DNA of 45,058 bases from an uncultured Bdellovibrionales bacterium (lineage in GTDB: Bacteria > Patescibacteriota > Minisyncoccia > Moranbacterales > UBA2206). The stretch is taken from positions 2,059-47,116 of the forward strand of contig CAZVVG010000002.1 of NCBI GenBank assembly GCA_964630615.1, written 5' to 3'. Below are positions 7,558 through 17,452 of the stretch, piece by piece. Position numbers and translations under genes: made by a program. The first letter of the stretch is position 1, and every line of letters starts with the position of its first letter. The notes beneath the pieces were generated by a model, which worked only from the letters and a program-made list of their open reading frames with translations, was not told the DNA's origin and made no database searches.

Positions 7558-9015
7558 ATGTCTAAATCAAGAATTTTTTTGGCCCTTTCTTTAAGTTTTA
7601 TTCTTGGAATTTTTCTAAGCTCGTTTTCGAATTTAGAAAAAGCAAGGGCTTATTTCTTTTTTTTGCCAGTTTTTTCCATAATTCTGTTGGCTGTCTTTTG
7701 GAAAAATAAAGGAGTTCTCATTGTAGCCTCCTCGATTTTGTTCTTGGCTTGTGGCTTGTTTTTAACGGAAAAAAGACTCTCCGAAATAAGAAACTTAGAC
7801 AAAGAAGGTCAAGAATTTTTTGGCGAAGTTTTAGTTGTTCGGGAGCCTGAAAATAGAGGTCAGTTTCAAAGCTTGATCGTTCAAGCTTCCCCGAAGTTAA
7901 GGTTTTTAATTAGCGCCCCCTCTTTTCCTCGTTTTTTCTACGGGGATAAGCTTGAGATTCGTTGCCAACGAGAAATTCCACGCCGTGAAAACGAAAAATT
8001 TGATTATCGGATGTATTTGGCTAAAGACAGAATTTTTTATGTTTGTCGGAAAAGTGAAGTCAAACTTCTTGAGAGGGAGCAAGGTTTTTACCCCTATTTT
8101 CTTTTGTTAAAAGTGAAAAGCAAGGTAGAGCGAGGCATTAAGAGGCTTTTCCCTTCTCCAGAATCCGGATTGCTTTCTGGATTACTTTTAGGAGGAAGCG
8201 GAAATTTGTCGGAAGGGGTAAAAAATAATTTTTCGCGAACCGGCCTCACTCATATTGTGGCGGTCTCAGGCTACAACGTGACTATTATTGCCGAATATTT
8301 AATGTTATTCGGTTTTTTTATTGGGCTCTGGCGCCAAAAAGCTTTTTGGTTTGCGGTTAGCGGAATTAGCCTTTTTGTTTTGATGATTGGCCTCCCTTCC
8401 TCGGCGGTCAGAGCCGGCATTATGGGTACGTTGCTTCTTTGGGCGGCCAAAAATGGAAGGCTAAGTAATTCGCAAAATGCGATAATTTTTTCCGCCCTAG
8501 TTATGCTTCTTTTCAATCCCTTGCTTCTACGTTGGGATACTGGCTTTCAACTTTCTTTCCTGGCCACTTTAGGAATAATTTATCTTTTTCCCCTTTTGGA
8601 AAAGCGTTTTCAAAAAAGAGAAAAAACTTTGGGTTTGGGAGAAATCCTTCTGCTCACCCTTTCCGCTCAAATTTTTGTATGGCCGGTTATCATCTATAGT
8701 TTCGGCAATTTGTCTCTAATTTCCCCTTTCGCTAACTTGCTTATTTTACCGATAGTTCCGCTCACCATGCTCTTAGGTTTTTTAGCTGTAGCCAGTTTTC
8801 TTATTTTTCCTCCCCTAGGCACTCTTTTGTCTTGGCTGGCTTTTCTTCCGCTTAAATACGAAACGCTCACCGTGGCCTTTCTCTCCCGACTTCCCTTCAG
8901 TAACTTAAGCGTGGAAAGTTTTTCTTGGCTCTGGGTGGTTGCTTGGTATTTAGGTTTAGCCCTAATTTTAATCCAGCTTAAAAAGAAAAAATGCCCAAAA
9001 GAAAAGCAGCTTTAA
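7558..9015 (+). CDS. comEC: ComEC/Rec2 competence channel, N-terminal (DUF4131-like) plus membrane competence domain
   Basis: Polytopic membrane protein with the ComEC core motif FSRTGLTHIVAVSGYNVTI. Confidence 0.85.
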   Translation: MSKSRIFLALSLSFILGIFLSSFSNLEKARAYFFFLPVFSIILLAVFWKNKGVLIVASSILFLACGLFLTEKRLSEIRNLDKEGQEFFGEVLVVREPENRGQFQSLIVQASPKLRFLISAPSFPRFFYGDKLEIRCQREIPRRENEKFDYRMYLAKDRIFYVCRKSEVKLLEREQGFYPYFLLLKVKSKVERGIKRLFPSPESGLLSGLLLGGSGNLSEGVKNNFSRTGLTHIVAVSGYNVTIIAEYLMLFGFFIGLWRQKAFWFAVSGISLFVLMIGLPSSAVRAGIMGTLLLWAAKNGRLSNSQNAIIFSALVMLLFNPLLLRWDTGFQLSFLATLGIIYLFPLLEKRFQKREKTLGLGEILLLTLSAQIFVWPVIIYSFGNLSLISPFANLLILPIVPLTMLLGFLAVASFLIFPPLGTLLSWLAFLPLKYETLTVAFLSRLPFSNLSVESFSWLWVVAWYLGLALILIQLKKKKCPKEKQL

Positions 9016-9833
9016 TTATCTTAATTTTTTTAATAACAATTTTTCTGTTACTCCTTTTTATTATTAAGGCCAATCAAAAGGAATTAAGAGTTATTTTTTT
9101 TAACGTTGGACAGGGAGACTCCGCTTTGATTATTCAGGGAAACCGTCAAATTCTTATTGATGGGGGTTCGGAGGGAAAAATTTTATTAGAAAAGCTTGGG
9201 AAATTTATTCCTTTTTGGGATCGAAAAGTAGAAGTTGTTATCGCTACCCACCCGGATAAAGATCATATCGGCGGCCTGCTAGAGGCTTTTGAAAGTTATA
9301 AAATCGGAATTCTGATAAAGTCAAAAATAGAGAAGGATTCAAGTATTTATCAGGCCTTGGAAGCTTTGGCGGATCAGGAAAAAATTTCCAAATTGGAAGG
9401 CGGGCAGGAAATGAAAATTAGTTGGCCTGGAGAGGTCAATCTAAAAATTTTAAAAGCTAAGAAAGGAAACTCTAATCAAAGTAGTCTAGTTTCACGTCTG
9501 GATTTTGGGGAAAACTCTTTTCTTTTCACGGGGGATATTGAAAAAGAAGAAGAAAAGGAATTAATGGCTAGTTTTCCAGATTTGCTAACAGTAGATTTTT
9601 TGAAAGTTTCTCATCATGGATCAAAATATTCTACCTCAGCGGAATTTTTAAAAAAAGTTCAGCCCAGGGGAGCTATAATCTCCGTTTCCGCTAAAAATCG
9701 CTATGGGCATCCCGCAGAAGAAGTTTTGCAAAGATTAGCCGAAGCTAAGGCGGAAGTTCTGAGAACGGATCGGGAAGGGGATATTATCTTTCGCTGTTTA
9801 GATGCTGAAAGCAAGTGTTTTCGAGCGCAATAA
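8991..9833 (+). CDS. Metallo-beta-lactamase domain protein corresponding to the ComEC C-terminal domain (separate ORF)
   Basis: N-terminal TM helix, then an MBL pattern (ATHPDKDHIGG ... SHHGS). It overlaps the preceding ORF by 25 nt in another frame. Confidence 0.85.
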   Translation: MPKRKAALIILIFLITIFLLLLFIIKANQKELRVIFFNVGQGDSALIIQGNRQILIDGGSEGKILLEKLGKFIPFWDRKVEVVIATHPDKDHIGGLLEAFESYKIGILIKSKIEKDSSIYQALEALADQEKISKLEGGQEMKISWPGEVNLKILKAKKGNSNQSSLVSRLDFGENSFLFTGDIEKEEEKELMASFPDLLTVDFLKVSHHGSKYSTSAEFLKKVQPRGAIISVSAKNRYGHPAEEVLQRLAEAKAEVLRTDREGDIIFRCLDAESKCFRAQ

Positions 9834-9913
9834 TTTTAGGAAAGTTCCTTTTTGCCAGGAGTCGGAATCTATGCTAAATTAAACTTTAGTAATCAATAAA
9901 TCTCATTAAAAAA

Positions 9914-10531
9914 ATGGAAAAAAATCATCCCAGTCAAGAACAAACTTTAGTTATCATCAAGCCGGATGGGGTTCAAAGAACCCTGATTGGTGAAATCCTA
10001 CGTCGCTATGAAAGAACCGGTCTAAAATTAATTGCGCTTAAGTTTGTGATTCCCTCTGAAGAGCAGGCCACGCGCCACTATTATGAGGTGGGCGGAGAGG
10101 TCTGGATTGAGGAAGTTGGAAAAAAAGCTAGGGCCGCTTATGAGCGCCAGGGACTTCAATCGCCGTTTAAAAGCAATAAGGAAAACGGGCAAGCGGTATT
10201 AAGAACTAATGCAAAATATCTGAGTTCTGGTCCGGTTGTGGCAATGGTCTGGCAAGGCAATGGGGCTGTTGGTTTGATAAGAAAAATTACGGGAGGGACC
10301 GAACCTTTGACTTCTGATGTGGGAACCATTCGGGGAGATTTAACCTTAGATTCCTATGCTCTGGCTGACCTAGATAAAAGAAGCGTCAGAAATCTTATTC
10401 ACGCTTCTGGTTCTGTGGAAGAGGCGCAAAAAGAAATTAAAATTTGGTTTCACGAAAAGGAACTACTGAGTTATCGGCTAGTTCAAGAGCAAATACTTTA
10501 TGATGTAAATCTAGATGGTATTTTGGAATGA
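9914..10531 (+). CDS. ndk: Nucleoside diphosphate kinase (long form with internal insertion)
   Basis: TLVIIKPDGVQR, GPVVAMVWQG, GTIRGD and NLIHASGS (catalytic His) are present. Confidence 0.9.
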   Translation: MEKNHPSQEQTLVIIKPDGVQRTLIGEILRRYERTGLKLIALKFVIPSEEQATRHYYEVGGEVWIEEVGKKARAAYERQGLQSPFKSNKENGQAVLRTNAKYLSSGPVVAMVWQGNGAVGLIRKITGGTEPLTSDVGTIRGDLTLDSYALADLDKRSVRNLIHASGSVEEAQKEIKIWFHEKELLSYRLVQEQILYDVNLDGILE

Positions 10532-11090
10532 AGCGGAGAAATTTTTACGATCTGGAGGAATAGGAATTTTGCCTACAGATACTTTATATGGAATAGTGGG
10601 GCGAGCTGAATCAAAAGAGGCTATCGCCAGAATCTATCAAGTTAAACAAAGAAACTTAAAAAAGCCTCTCATTGTTTTGATTAGCTCTTTTTTAGATCTA
10701 AAAAAATTTGGAATAAAATTAGGAGCGGAGGAAAAGAAAAGACTGGAACGTTTTTGGCCGGGAAAAGTTAGCGTTATCCTCCCTAGTGCTTCAAGAAAAT
10801 TTAGCTATTTGCATCGAGGTCGCAAATCATTGGCTTTTCGTCTTCCGAAAAAGAAAAGATTACTTGAGCTCATAAAAAAAACCGGACCCTTAGTTGCTCC
10901 CAGCGCCAATCCAGAGGGAAAACCTCCAGCCCAAACCATAAAAGAAGCTAGGAATTATTTTGGTCGGAAAGTAGATTTTTATGTGAGTGCGGGAAAATTA
11001 AAAAGCCCAGCTTCAACCCTAATCAAGCTCAAGGGTAAGCGACTGAGCGTGCTTCGTTCCGGACAATATAGGATTAAGAATCAAAATTGA
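10515..11090 (+). CDS. tsaC: L-threonylcarbamoyladenylate synthase (YrdC/Sua5/TsaC family)
   Basis: LPTDTLYGIVG, KPLIVLI and PSANPEGKPPA motifs are present. Confidence 0.85.
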   Translation: MVFWNEAEKFLRSGGIGILPTDTLYGIVGRAESKEAIARIYQVKQRNLKKPLIVLISSFLDLKKFGIKLGAEEKKRLERFWPGKVSVILPSASRKFSYLHRGRKSLAFRLPKKKRLLELIKKTGPLVAPSANPEGKPPAQTIKEARNYFGRKVDFYVSAGKLKSPASTLIKLKGKRLSVLRSGQYRIKNQN

Positions 11091-11110
11091 CCAAACAAGA
11101 ATCTCTTGAT

Positions 11111-11140
11111 AAAAAAACCGTCTGCAACCACGGTTTTTTT
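11111..11140. terminator. Bidirectional terminator between tsaC (+) and rpmB (-)
   Basis: The A-run plus accgt pairs with acggt plus the T-run, with an 8-nt loop. It overlaps the rpmB stop codon. Confidence 0.6.
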
Positions 11141-11312
11141 AATTAATTTTAGAAGTAGTTTTCAGGCAGCGAGTACAAATGCGCTTCTTTTTTCCGTCTA
11201 TTTTTTTGGATTGAAGATTAATTCCAAAAGTTCTTAGCGTTGCTACATTGGAATGACTCCTTTTGTTCCCACTGCGAGGAACCCGCCCACAAATCTGACA
11301 AAGCTTACTCAT
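11139..11312 (-). CDS. rpmB: 50S ribosomal protein L28 (57 aa, absent from the supplied ORF track)
   Basis: Manual minus-strand translation gives MSKLCQICGRVPRSGNKRSHSNVATLRTFGINLQSKKIDGKKKRICTRCLKTTSKIN. This has the classic L28 N-terminus (CxxCG..P..GN..SHSN..T.R.F.xNLQ). Confidence 0.85.
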   Translation of the reverse strand: MSKLCQICGRVPRSGNKRSHSNVATLRTFGINLQSKKIDGKKKRICTRCLKTTSKIN

Positions 11313-11441
11313 AGTTATTAAAGGTTATTAAAGAAAACAGGGCGCGTTCTGTTTTAAATATTATCTAGCGTTGCCTGCTTATTGGTTTGATTTATTACAA
11401 AGATTAACCTATCATATTAAAGTAAATTAATCAAGCCCAGT

Positions 11442-12143
11442 ATGCTAAATGAGATCGTTTTAATATTTTTTTACTTCTTGATTTTGGTTTATTCCATTAT
11501 TATTCATGAAGTTGCTCACGGAGCGACGGCTCTGTGGTTGGGAGATAAAACTGCCAAATACGCGGGTCGCCTGACCCTAAATCCAATTAGTCATATTGAT
11601 TTTTGGATGACAATCGCTGTCCCACTAATTATGCTTTTGGCGACAGGCGGACGGTTAGCTTTTGGTGGCGCCAAACCGGTTCCTTACAACCCCTATAATC
11701 TCAAGAACCAGCGTTGGGGTTCCGCCTTGGTGGCCCTGTCTGGTCCGGGTTCTAATTTGATTCTGGCTCTCTTTTTTGCCATTTTAGCAAAGATTATTAA
11801 TTTGCCCCAAGCTCTGAAAATTGACTTGATTAATAACGTGCGAATTGCTGACTGGGCTTCGGTTTCCGAGGTTATTTCTGGATCTATTGGTTCAATCTTT
11901 TTTGTGTTTTGCGTGATGATTATTTATTGGAACGTACTTTTGGCTATCTTTAACCTAATTCCTATTCCGCCCTTGGATGGATCGAAGCTTCTTTTTTCGG
12001 TAATTTCTTTGCGTCTAGAAACAGTGGCCATTTTGGAACAATTCGGTTTTTTTTTCCTAGTGCTGCTTATCTTTCTTCTTCCCGGGCCCTTTAGTTTTAT
12101 TTTAAATTTTTTCTGGATCCTCTTTTTTGGTTTAACCGTCTAG
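11442..12143 (+). CDS. Site-2 protease family (peptidase M50) membrane metalloprotease
   Basis: HEVAHG zinc motif in TM1, a polytopic protein, and a second motif NLIPIPPLDG. Confidence 0.8.
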   Translation: MLNEIVLIFFYFLILVYSIIIHEVAHGATALWLGDKTAKYAGRLTLNPISHIDFWMTIAVPLIMLLATGGRLAFGGAKPVPYNPYNLKNQRWGSALVALSGPGSNLILALFFAILAKIINLPQALKIDLINNVRIADWASVSEVISGSIGSIFFVFCVMIIYWNVLLAIFNLIPIPPLDGSKLLFSVISLRLETVAILEQFGFFFLVLLIFLLPGPFSFILNFFWILFFGLTV

Positions 12144-12166
12144 GAGCCAGCGAAGATTTAGGCGGT

Positions 12167-12195
12167 TGACACTTAAATTGATATCCCTTATTATT
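12167..12195 (+). promoter_or_regulatory. Sigma70-type promoter of the str operon
   Basis: TTGACA, 17 nt, TATTAT, about 100 nt upstream of rpsL. Confidence 0.5.
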
Positions 12196-12295
12196 ATTGT
12201 GCTAGTTTCACTGGCAGTTTTTTAATTTAAGAATGAAAAGATAATTACTTTATTCCAAAAATGTTTTGGTAAATCGAATAAATAAGGAAGCCTCT

Positions 12296-12715
12296 ATGCC
12301 AACTATTAATCAACTTAAGAGAAGACCTCGTAAAAGGACAACCAAGAAAACTAAAACCCCGGCTTTTAAAAATGTTTTTAACACTTTGAAGAATCGGCCG
12401 ATGAAGGACAAGAGTCCTTTTAAGCGAGGAACCTGTCTTAAGGTCAGTACTACAACTCCCAAAAAACCAAATTCAGCCTTGCGCAAAATCGCCCGGGTGA
12501 GGTTGACGAATGGTATGGAGGTAACAGCTTATATTCCCGGCATTGGGCATAATTTGCAAGAGCATTCCATTGTGATTATCCGCGGAGGAAGAGTCAAGGA
12601 CTTGCCTGGCGTTCGCTATCATGTCGTTCGCGGGATTTTAGATACAGCCGGAGTGGCTAACCGAAAAAGGGGTCGGAGTAAATATGGCTCCAAGATTGAA
12701 AAAACTAAGGAATAA
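12296..12715 (+). CDS. rpsL: 30S ribosomal protein S12
   Basis: MPTINQL...[11 protein letters not shown]...[14 protein letters not shown]. The ATG at 12296 is preceded by an aaggaag SD. The listed upstream start at 12266 is judged spurious. Confidence 0.95.
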   Translation: MPTINQLKRRPRKRTTKKTKTPAFKNVFNTLKNRPMKDKSPFKRGTCLKVSTTTPKKPNSALRKIARVRLTNGMEVTAYIPGIGHNLQEHSIVIIRGGRVKDLPGVRYHVVRGILDTAGVANRKRGRSKYGSKIEKTKE

Positions 12716-12728
12716 AACCTAATTTTTT

Positions 12729-13196
12729 ATGCCGAGAAGAAAAAGAAGTTACAAAAGAGATCTCAAACCAGATTCCAAATTTGGGAGTGTTTTGGTGAGT
12801 AAGATAATAAACAACCTCATGGAAAGGGGTAAAAAAACCGTGGCGGAAAAGATTGTTTATGATTGCCTTGAGCTGATTCACCAAAAAACCAAAAAAGGCG
12901 GCTTAAATCTTTTTGAACAAGCGATTAAAAATGTTTCTCCTTTAGTGGAGCTTAAATCCCGCCGTGTTGGAGGAGCCAACTACCAGATTCCTATTCCGGT
13001 GATCGGGGAGAGAAGAACGACCCTGGCTATACGTTGGATAAAAATAGCCGCTCAGGCTAAAAAAGGGAAAAGCCTGGCGGAAAAACTGGCTGAAGAAATA
13101 ATCGAAGCTGCCAACAACACCGGAGCCGCGATTAAAAAGAGAGACGATGTCAAAAAAATGGCGGAAGCAAACAAGGCTTTCGCTCACTTTGCTTAA
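12729..13196 (+). CDS. rpsG: 30S ribosomal protein S7
   Basis: MPRR...PDSKF...VELKSRRVGGANYQIPIPV. Confidence 0.95.
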   Translation: MPRRKRSYKRDLKPDSKFGSVLVSKIINNLMERGKKTVAEKIVYDCLELIHQKTKKGGLNLFEQAIKNVSPLVELKSRRVGGANYQIPIPVIGERRTTLAIRWIKIAAQAKKGKSLAEKLAEEIIEAANNTGAAIKKRDDVKKMAEANKAFAHFA

Positions 13197-13232
13197 GCTG
13201 AAATAAAAAAAGATTTGTAATCTTATTCTTTT

Positions 13233-15320
13233 ATGTCCAGACAATATCCCATTGAAAAATACAGAAATATCGGAATTATTGCCCATATTGACGCTGGGAA
13301 AACCACTACCACCGAGCGCATTTTGTTTTATACCGGGATAACCCATAAGATCGGAGAGGTTCACGAGGGAGAAGCGGTTATGGATTGGATGGAGCAAGAA
13401 AGAGAAAGAGGAATTACCATCACTTCCGCTGCCACGACCTGCTTTTGGAAAGATTATCAAATTAATATTATTGATACACCGGGGCACGTGGATTTTACGG
13501 TTGAAGTAGAACGTTCCTTAAGAGTTTTAGATGGAGGCGTGGTAGTTTTTGACGGAAAAGAAGGAGTGGAGCCCCAGTCGGAAACTGTCTGGCGTCAGGC
13601 GGAAAAATATTCTGTTCCCAGGATTTGTTTTATTAACAAAATTGACAAAGAGGGAGCGGATTTCAGTTTTTCTCTCAACTCAATTTGGAATCGTTTGAGT
13701 CCGCACGCGGTTGCCGTCCAAATTCCGATTGGCCTGAGAAGTAATTTTTCTGGAGTGGTTGATTTGATGAAAATGAAAGCTTATTACTTTGAAGGTGAAA
13801 AAGGGGAGAAGGTTAGTGAAAAAGAAATTCCCGAAGAAATATTGGCCGAAGCGAAAGAATGGAGGGATAAGATGATTGAAAAGATTGCGGAAACCGATGA
13901 CGTCCTAACAGAAAGATATCTTGGAGGAGAAGAAATTTCCTTGGCGGAATTAAAGACAGCTCTTCGAAAAGCCGTAGTCAAGGCGAAAATGTTTCCGGTC
14001 TTAACGGGAACGGCCTTGCGTAACAAGGGGGTTCAGCTAGTTTTAGATGCCGTTGTTGATTATTTACCTTCCCCGATTGATGTTCCCAATATTAAGGGAA
14101 TGGATCCTCGGGATGAAAGCCGGGAAATTGAAATAAAAAGCGACGACCAAGCTCCTTTCGCCGCCCTGGCGTTTAAAGTGGCTACGGATCCCTTTGTCGG
14201 ACAATTGACTTTTTTTCGAGTGTATTCCGGAACCTTGAAAGCGGGCTCTTATGTCCTTAATTCTTCCAAAGGAGAAAAAGAAAGAATTAGTCGTATTTTA
14301 AGGATGCATTCTAATCACCGAGAAGAGGTGGAAGAAATTTATACTGGAGGCATCGGCGCTTTAGTGGGAATGAAAAATACAACAACCGGAGACACGCTTT
14401 GCGATCTAAACCATCCGGTGATTTTGGAATCTATTTCTTTTCCCGAGCCGGTGATTTCCATCGCGATTGAACCGAAAACCAAGGCGGACCAGGAAAAAAT
14501 GGGCATGGCCCTTCGCAAATTAGCTGAAGAAGATCCGACTTTTCGGGTTCGCAATGAAGAAGAAACAGGGGAAGTAATAATTTCTGGCATGGGAGAATTG
14601 CATCTAGACATTATTGTTGACAGAATGAAGCGAGAATTTAAAGTTGAAGCGAATATCGGACAACCTCAAGTAGCTTATCGAGAAACCATTAAGGCTCAGG
14701 CGGAAGCCGAGGGAAAATATATTCGTCAGTCCGGAGGACGAGGTCAGTATGGACATTGCTGGATTAAGGTAGAACCTCAAGAGCCGGGTAAGGGATTTGA
14801 ATTTATGGATGAAATTAAAGGGGGAGTTATTCCACAGGAATATATTCCGGCCATTGAAAAAGGCATACGCGAGGCTCTGGATAATGGAGTTTTGGCTGGC
14901 TATCCTTTGGTTGATATAAAAGCCACGGTTTATGATGGGTCCTTTCACGAAGTTGATTCTTCGGAAGCAGCTTTTAAAATTGCCGGATCGTTGGCCCTCA
15001 AGGAAGCCGTGCGTCGAGCCAGTCCAGTTATTTTAGAACCAATTATGAAGGTGAATGTAATTACACCAGAACAGTTTATGGGAGACGTGGTAGGTGACTT
15101 GAATTCAAAAAGAGGAGTAATAAAGGAAATGAATGATCGCGGAGAAGGAAACTCACGAGTAAAAGTCATTGACGCGGAAGTTCCTCTTTCTTCTATGTTT
15201 GGCTATGCTACGCAACTTCGTTCCATGACTCAAGGACGAGCTAATTATGCTATGGAATTTAATCATTATAATGAAGTTCCGAAAAACTTAGCGCAAGAAA
15301 TAGTTGAAGGAAAGAAGTAA
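13233..15320 (+). CDS. fusA: Elongation factor G
   Basis: [28 protein letters not shown], and the full five-domain length. Confidence 0.97.
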   Translation: MSRQYPIEKYRNIGIIAHIDAGKTTTTERILFYTGITHKIGEVHEGEAVMDWMEQERERGITITSAATTCFWKDYQINIIDTPGHVDFTVEVERSLRVLDGGVVVFDGKEGVEPQSETVWRQAEKYSVPRICFINKIDKEGADFSFSLNSIWNRLSPHAVAVQIPIGLRSNFSGVVDLMKMKAYYFEGEKGEKVSEKEIPEEILAEAKEWRDKMIEKIAETDDVLTERYLGGEEISLAELKTALRKAVVKAKMFPVLTGTALRNKGVQLVLDAVVDYLPSPIDVPNIKGMDPRDESREIEIKSDDQAPFAALAFKVATDPFVGQLTFFRVYSGTLKAGSYVLNSSKGEKERISRILRMHSNHREEVEEIYTGGIGALVGMKNTTTGDTLCDLNHPVILESISFPEPVISIAIEPKTKADQEKMGMALRKLAEEDPTFRVRNEEETGEVIISGMGELHLDIIVDRMKREFKVEANIGQPQVAYRETIKAQAEAEGKYIRQSGGRGQYGHCWIKVEPQEPGKGFEFMDEIKGGVIPQEYIPAIEKGIREALDNGVLAGYPLVDIKATVYDGSFHEVDSSEAAFKIAGSLALKEAVRRASPVILEPIMKVNVITPEQFMGDVVGDLNSKRGVIKEMNDRGEGNSRVKVIDAEVPLSSMFGYATQLRSMTQGRANYAMEFNHYNEVPKNLAQEIVEGKK

Positions 15321-15327
15321 TTTTTTA

Positions 15328-15356
15328 TTGACAAAAAGATTATTTTAAAGTATTAT
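15328..15356 (+). promoter_or_regulatory. Sigma70-type promoter between fusA and the small ORF/tuf
   Basis: TTGACA, 17 nt, TATTAT. Confidence 0.5.
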
Positions 15357-15376
15357 TTATTCTGCAGATCAAGAAA

Positions 15377-15661
15377 ATGATAGAAAAAAAGTTGAAAGAA
15401 GCCCTAGAGCTTTTGGGAGGAAAAGCAATTCTGAAAGATCAGGAGGATTATTATATCCTTTTGACTTTAAAGGAGTTTCATAAAATGAAAAAGGAGAGCG
15501 TTGAAGGTTTGACAAAACAGGAGCTTGTTGATAAGATAAACACCGATATCGCTATGTGGAAAATGAAAAAAGAACGAGAGGAAGACGCTCTGGATTTGGT
15601 TAATTGGGAAGAGTTTGAAAAAAAAGAGAACCCAGAAGAGATTAAATATGAAAAAACTTAA
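15377..15661 (+). CDS. Hypothetical acidic 94-aa protein inserted between fusA and tuf
   Basis: Clean ORF directly after a consensus promoter. No family recognised, apart from a vague Phd/YefM-like beta-strand pattern (KAILKDQEDYYILLTLKEF). Confidence 0.5.
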   Translation: MIEKKLKEALELLGGKAILKDQEDYYILLTLKEFHKMKKESVEGLTKQELVDKINTDIAMWKMKKEREEDALDLVNWEEFEKKENPEEIKYEKT

Positions 15662-15689
15662 TTTTATTTAATAAGCATAAGCAAAAAAT

Positions 15690-16883
15690 ATGTCAGCAGA
15701 AAAATTTGAGAGGAATAAGCCTCATATCAATGTGGGAACTATCGGCCATGTGGATCATGGAAAAACTACTTTAACGGCCGCTATTCTTCATGTTTTGAGT
15801 TTTTCCGGAAAGGCCAAAGAAAAAGGAGTGGATGAAATTGATAAAGCGCCGGAAGAAAAAGAGCGCGGCATTACCATTGCTACCTCTCACTGTGAATATC
15901 AGTCGGATACGCGTCACTACGCTCACGTAGACTGCCCGGGTCACGCTGACTATATTAAAAACATGATTACGGGAGCCGCCCAAATGGACGGAGCGATTTT
16001 GGTGGTTGCGGCCACTGACGGACCAATGCCTCAAACTAGAGAACATATTCTCTTGGCTTATCAAGTGGGCGTTCCGGAAATAGTTGTTTTTCTCAATAAG
16101 GTTGATATGGTGGACGATCCAGAATTAGTAGATTTAGTAGAGGCCGAAGTAAGGGAATTGTTAGTCAAATACCAATTTGACGGAAAAAACGCAGCCGTGA
16201 TTAGAGGCTCAGCCTTAAAAGCACTCGAAGCTAAATCGATTGAGGATGAATCGGCCAAGCCAATCGTAGAATTAATCAAGGCTTTGGATGAAAAAATTCC
16301 GGTACCCGTAAGAGAAATAGATAAGCCTTTCTTGATGCCAATTGAAGACATTTTTTCCATTGAAGGACGAGGAACAGTAGTAACGGGAAGAATTGAAAGA
16401 GGTGTGATTAATTTAAACGAAGAAGTAGAAATTGTTGGGCTTCGGGCTACTCAAAAAACAACCGTTACCGGAATAGAAATGTTTAACAAATCATTGGATC
16501 GAGGAGAAGCGGGCGACAATGCTGGAATTTTAATAAGAGGGATAAAGAAAGAAGATGTAGAGCGGGGGCAGGTTTTAGCCAAGCCGGGCTCAATTACTCC
16601 GCATACTGAATTTGAAGCCGAAGTTTATGTTTTGACGAAAGAAGAGGGCGGGCGACATACTCCTTTTTTCAAAGGTTATAAACCCCAATTCTATATTCGG
16701 ACTACAGATGTGACGGGAGAAGTAATTCTTCCGGAAGGTACGGAAATGGTCATGCCGGGGGATACGGTAAATATTTCTGTTAAACTAATGGCTCCAGTTG
16801 CGATGGAAGAAGGAATGCGTTTTGCGATTCGGGAGGGAGGAAAAACGGTTGGAGCGGGAGTCGCAACTAAGATTCTGAAATAA
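15690..16883 (+). CDS. tuf: Elongation factor Tu
   Basis: [22 protein letters not shown]. Confidence 0.98.
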   Translation: MSAEKFERNKPHINVGTIGHVDHGKTTLTAAILHVLSFSGKAKEKGVDEIDKAPEEKERGITIATSHCEYQSDTRHYAHVDCPGHADYIKNMITGAAQMDGAILVVAATDGPMPQTREHILLAYQVGVPEIVVFLNKVDMVDDPELVDLVEAEVRELLVKYQFDGKNAAVIRGSALKALEAKSIEDESAKPIVELIKALDEKIPVPVREIDKPFLMPIEDIFSIEGRGTVVTGRIERGVINLNEEVEIVGLRATQKTTVTGIEMFNKSLDRGEAGDNAGILIRGIKKEDVERGQVLAKPGSITPHTEFEAEVYVLTKEEGGRHTPFFKGYKPQFYIRTTDVTGEVILPEGTEMVMPGDTVNISVKLMAPVAMEEGMRFAIREGGKTVGAGVATKILK

Positions 16884-16893
16884 GTTTTTTCTT

Positions 16894-16931
16894 AGAACCG
16901 CCTTGGTCAAAGCTTGACTAAAGCGGTTTTC
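16894..16931 (+). terminator. Long hairpin after tuf (probable terminator)
   Basis: The outer stem agaaccgc pairs with gcggtttt, and the inner stem gtcaa pairs with ttgac. T residues are at the 3' side. Confidence 0.45.
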
Positions 16932-16975
16932 TAGAGTAAATTTATAAAACTACTCTTTTAAAATTTTTCATTCAA

Positions 16976-17302
16976 ATGATAAAAAGGGAAGAAGAAGCAA
17001 AATCAAGAATTAGAATTAAGATTAAGGCTTACGATAATAAGATTATTGACCAATCCGCTAAGCAAATCGTGGAAACAGCTGAAAGAACTGGAACTAATAT
17101 TTCCGGACCAGTGCCTCTTCCGACCGAAATAAGAAAATTCACAGTTAACCGCTCGACCTTTGTTCACAAAGACGCCCGAGATCAATATGAAATGCGAGTG
17201 CACAAACGCTTAATTGATATTTGGAATCCCAATCAAAAAACCATTGATAGTTTGACCAATTTGGATTTACCGGCAGGCGTAGATATTGAAATAAAAATGT
17301 GA
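16976..17302 (+). CDS. rpsJ: 30S ribosomal protein S10
   Basis: IRIKIKAYD...SGPVPLPT...FTVNRS.FVHK. Confidence 0.95.
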   Translation: MIKREEEAKSRIRIKIKAYDNKIIDQSAKQIVETAERTGTNISGPVPLPTEIRKFTVNRSTFVHKDARDQYEMRVHKRLIDIWNPNQKTIDSLTNLDLPAGVDIEIKM

Positions 17303-17452
17303 GAGACTCAAGAGCGCACTAGTTAAAGTCTTTTGTAAAAAACGAAAGATACTCAGCTAGCCAAATTTTTAGTTTTTGAAATTTTTGGACTGGCCTAAAA
17401 CCAGTTTTTTGTTTATAAAATCCACCGGGAAAATAAGTAATAGACAAAGAGG

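Noticed and set aside
12266-12295. Upstream extension of rpsL (listed start at 12266)
   Set aside because: The ATG at 12296 gives the universal MPTINQL N-terminus and is preceded by an SD. The extension overlaps the SD.
12942-13487. 181-aa minus-strand ORF spanning the rpsG/fusA junction
   Set aside because: It overlaps two highly conserved plus-strand genes and their spacer. There is no recognisable domain.
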